Positions 54,917 to 57,336 of a stretch of 57,336 nucleotides of DNA are shown piece by piece. Source of the DNA: a virus (lineage: Duplodnaviria; Caudoviricetes). The stretch covers positions 1 through 57,336 of the IMG/VR virus record IMGVR_UViG_3300045120_000351; one strand, given 5' to 3'. A model generated the notes under the pieces. The model was not told where the DNA came from. It was given only the letters and a program-made list of their open reading frames with translations, and ran no database searches. A program made the position numbers and the translations under genes. Each line of letters starts with the position of its first letter. The first letter of the stretch is position 1.

Positions 54917-55627
54917 ATGCGACACTTCCTACTCGCAGCAACCGCCCTCGGGGCAGTGGCGTTCGCTACCCCCGCCGGCGCCGTGCTGCAAATCTCCGCT
55001 GATATCAACGGCACCTCGTTCACTTGCGCGGACCAAGCCGCTTGCGACACCAACGCGGCCGTCGGCCAGCTTGCCATCGCCAACCAGACCATCGGCGGCG
55101 TCGAGTTCCTGGGTAGCGCCCAGACCCAGGTGATCGGCCCGACCAACTCGCTGAACACCTCCTCCTTTCAGGTCATCAACGACAACGCAGGCGCCGTGCC
55201 CATCACGATCGCCATCAGCGGGACCAATTTCGCCGGCCCCGTTGCCGCGTTTACCGCCAGCGGCTCTGGCACCTTCCAGAGCGCGATCGGCTCCAACGTC
55301 ACCATGACTTTCTTCGGTGACGCGGCGAATACTCAGGGTGCCACGAGCCCGACCGATCTCCCGGGCACGCTGCTCGCGACGATCACGCACGCCGCGACAC
55401 TGGCGACCGACGCGTTTGCCGATAATGCAAATGGCCCGTTCGCCGCTGCAGGGCTCTACAGCATGTCTCTGGGTACCGTAGGCACGCTGACGGCTGGTGG
55501 CTCGCTGGTGGGCCGGTCGCAGGCGATCGTCACTGAGCAGGTTGTGCCAGAGCCGGCCTCGCTGGGCTTGCTGGGCGTCGGTCTGCTTGGCCTCGGCTAT
55601 GTCGCGCGGCGGCGGCAAGCGACCTAA
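54917..55627 (+). CDS. PEP-CTERM sorting-domain surface protein 1
   Basis: Sec signal peptide (..ATPAGA); Ser/Thr/Asn-rich body; VPEPASLGLLGVGLLGLGYVARRR. Confidence 0.93.
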   Translation: MRHFLLAATALGAVAFATPAGAVLQISADINGTSFTCADQAACDTNAAVGQLAIANQTIGGVEFLGSAQTQVIGPTNSLNTSSFQVINDNAGAVPITIAISGTNFAGPVAAFTASGSGTFQSAIGSNVTMTFFGDAANTQGATSPTDLPGTLLATITHAATLATDAFADNANGPFAAAGLYSMSLGTVGTLTAGGSLVGRSQAIVTEQVVPEPASLGLLGVGLLGLGYVARRRQAT

Positions 55628-55712
55628 CAACCCGATCATAGGCGTCGCCCTGAGTTGCGTGATCGGCGCGCTGCTCTGGGCGATCGTCCTGATGATCTAC
55701 CTCGCCTTCTGA
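55599..55712 (+). CDS. 37-aa single-TM peptide
   Basis: MSRGGGKRPNNPIIGVALSCVIGALLWAIVLMIYLAF; overlaps the end of PEP-CTERM 1. Confidence 0.35.
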   Translation: MSRGGGKRPNNPIIGVALSCVIGALLWAIVLMIYLAF

Positions 55713-55725
55713 AGGGAAACGACAC

Positions 55726-56532
55726 ATGAAACGCTTACTCTGTACCGCCACCATCGTGGCTGGTGCCGCCTTCTTCCACCCGCCCGCTGCGCACGCCATG
55801 CTGATCGACGATCCGCTGCACGGCCAATGCGTCGTCGGCTCGGCGTTGTGTACTGAAGTCATCGATCCCAGCGGTAACAAGGTCACCACGCTGTTGACCT
55901 CGCCGGGATTCGATGGTGCCAACTACGGGTTTACCATCTCGCCCGGCCCGCAAGGCCCGCAGCCGTTCGCGCTGGTGTTCGCGGTGCCGTCCAATCTGCC
56001 GCAGCCGTCGTTGATCACCACCGGCACGATCAACGGTGTCGCGATCCCGATGTCTGGTACGACCTTCAGCGGTCTCTGGACCAGCGGCTTCCTCGACGCG
56101 CAAACCTCGATCGGAATCGACTTCCCTGGTGCCAAGCCCACCAATCCGATCGACAATTTCCTACCGTTCACCAAGCTGACCGACACCACCGCGACCGGCT
56201 ACGATCTCTATGTCACCGGTCTTGGTAGTCGCACAATCCAGGCTAACAGCGCCGCCAACACCGCTGCGGGTATGCTCGCAGCGATGGACCTAACGACGCC
56301 GAACCTGCCGGTCGGTTCCATCATCTTTGGTTTTTCCAAGGATGATAGTGGCGACTGGATCGCAACCGCCTCGTCGGGCGCGTTGTGGGTAGATGCCACG
56401 ACGGTGGATTGTCCTGGCTGCGGGATCACCCCGGTCATCGTCGACACACCGGAACCGGCATCCCTCGCCCTCCTGGGCTTTGGCGTGCTCGGTCTCGGCT
56501 TCGTAGCGAATCGTCGCCGCAGTACCCCCTGA
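55726..56532 (+). CDS. PEP-CTERM sorting-domain surface protein 2
   Basis: Signal peptide (..PPAAHA); IDDPLHG; TPEPASLALLGFGVLGLGFVANRRR. Confidence 0.93.
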   Translation: MKRLLCTATIVAGAAFFHPPAAHAMLIDDPLHGQCVVGSALCTEVIDPSGNKVTTLLTSPGFDGANYGFTISPGPQGPQPFALVFAVPSNLPQPSLITTGTINGVAIPMSGTTFSGLWTSGFLDAQTSIGIDFPGAKPTNPIDNFLPFTKLTDTTATGYDLYVTGLGSRTIQANSAANTAAGMLAAMDLTTPNLPVGSIIFGFSKDDSGDWIATASSGALWVDATTVDCPGCGITPVIVDTPEPASLALLGFGVLGLGFVANRRRSTP

Positions 56533-56583
56533 TGCGACGATTATCGCCGCGCTGACGTGCAAGGACAGTGGGGCGATAGGATG

Positions 56584-56619
56584 GGGGGCGGCACCGCCAG
56601 TGCCGCCCCCTATTCATTT
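56584..56619 (+). terminator. rho-independent terminator
   Basis: Perfect 11-bp stem GGGGGCGGCAC/GTGCCGCCCCC followed by TATTCATTT. Confidence 0.7.
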
Positions 56620-56632
56620 GTGGAGGAAACCA

Positions 56633-56944
56633 ATGGCCGACAGGCAATACCTGGAACTGCTGTCCCGCAAGCTCGCTGACGAGGGACGGCTCGTCGAAGC
56701 AGGCTGGGTGGCGATGCGGATTCAGTGTGTGCCGCACAACGCTCCAGTCTGGCAGCTGCACGACATGCGGATGGCTTATATGGCCGGCGCGCAGCACCTT
56801 TTCGCGTCCATCATGACCATCCTGGACGACGGCGTGGAGGAAACCGAGGCCGATTTGACGCGAATGGACCTCATCGCCAAGGAATTGGAGGTGTTCGCGG
56901 AGGAGCTCAAGCTCCACATGGCCAAGGTCGCAGGGCGAGGCTGA
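56633..56944 (+). CDS. hypothetical protein
   Basis: GGAGGA RBS; LADEGRLVEAGW...MRMAYMAGAQHLFASIM. Confidence 0.75.
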   Translation: MADRQYLELLSRKLADEGRLVEAGWVAMRIQCVPHNAPVWQLHDMRMAYMAGAQHLFASIMTILDDGVEETEADLTRMDLIAKELEVFAEELKLHMAKVAGRG

Positions 56945-56980
56945 GGCCGGAATCGACTGGAAATCGACCGGTTTGGGCCG

Positions 56981-57030
56981 TTTAGGCGGTTTTCGGCGGT
57001 TTTCGGCGGTTTTCGGCGGTTTTCGGCGGC
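56981..57030 (+). repeat. 10-bp tandem repeat (TTTCGGCGGT) x5, imperfect
   Basis: Read directly. Confidence 0.95.
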
Positions 57031-57059
57031 CGCCGGTGAACCGATTCCCGATTGACCCC

Positions 57060-57200
57060 TGCTGTTCCACCACCCCCGGCGAAAATATCGATTTTGCGCA
57101 AGCCCCCACCCGGCCCGGTGGCGGGGGGTAGCGTATATACTTTTAACCCCCCCCCCATGGTCGCGCGCATGCGCGCGCGCGCGGATAAAGTGGCGGATAT
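57060..57200 (-). other. candidate cos/packaging-initiation region
   Basis: Minus strand poly-G-TTAAAAGT...ACCGGGCCGGGTGGGGG...GCGCAAAAT resembles the G-run-flanked ends of HK97-like phages; non-coding. Confidence 0.4.
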
Positions 57201-57223
57201 CCGCCATATTTTGCCCGTTGCGT

Positions 57224-57336
57224 GGCGGGCGGGCGGGCGGGCGGGCGGGCGGATTTTACCCCGTTTTGGCGGGCGGGCGGGCGGCCGGCCGGCATCGGGC
57301 GGCATCGGGCGGCATCGGGCGGCATCGGGCGGCATC
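57224..57336 (+). repeat. (GGGC)n tracts and 10-bp tandem repeat (GGCATCGGGC) x4.6 running off the window end
   Basis: Read directly. Confidence 0.95.

Larger units (their letters stand above)
1..57336. mobile_element. HK97-like siphophage genome, near complete and circularly permuted (prophage, phage-plasmid or free phage not resolved)
   Basis: Full packaging, head, tail, lysis, replication and recombination modules; no host housekeeping genes; gene order would close into a circle (late regulator at left end, packaging genes near right end). Confidence 0.93.

Noticed and set aside
56981-57336. CRISPR array
   Set aside because: Units are 4-10 bp, head-to-tail, with no spacers and no cas genes
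1-57336. Integrase, att sites, ParAB, tRNA or rRNA genes
   Set aside because: No recombinase or partition motifs and no cloverleaf or rRNA-like sequence recognised by eye; short or divergent elements could have been missed

Overview
The window looks like a nearly complete, circularly permuted genome of a GC-rich, HK97-type siphophage. An alphaproteobacterial host is inferred from DUF6456-, DUF1376- and GapR-like genes and a plasmid-type Rep. Layout: a leftward early/replication operon (7312->86: Cro-like HTH, GapR/RMF-like, VRR-NUC, adenine MTase, two DUF1376 genes, DUF6456 late regulator); a rightward recombination/accessory operon (7554->14330: RecE-like exonuclease, AAA ATPase, plasmid-like Rep, RNAP alpha-CTD mimic, many small Zn-finger ORFs); a leftward accessory block (16162->14337); a long leftward late operon (53462->16381: HNH, TerS, TerL, a fibre island, portal, protease, capsid, glycosyltransferase plus methyltransferase, neck, two tail tube paralogs, chaperones, 2486-aa tape measure, hub, two fibres, amidase, holin); and a rightward accessory cassette (53628->56944). 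I see no integrase, cI repressor, tRNA, CRISPR array or reverse transcriptase. Most notable: (1) two phage-borne PEP-CTERM surface proteins behind a complete sigma54 promoter (enhancer, IHF site, -24/-12), with an inverted copy of the promoter core facing the packaging genes; (2) a candidate virion-glycosylation pair right after the capsid gene; (3) a 17-bp palindromic operator at the divergent promoters; (4) rare-codon recoding at conserved motifs of capsid, portal and terminase; (5) a fibre island between terL and portal. All family calls come from motif recognition by eye, not database searches.
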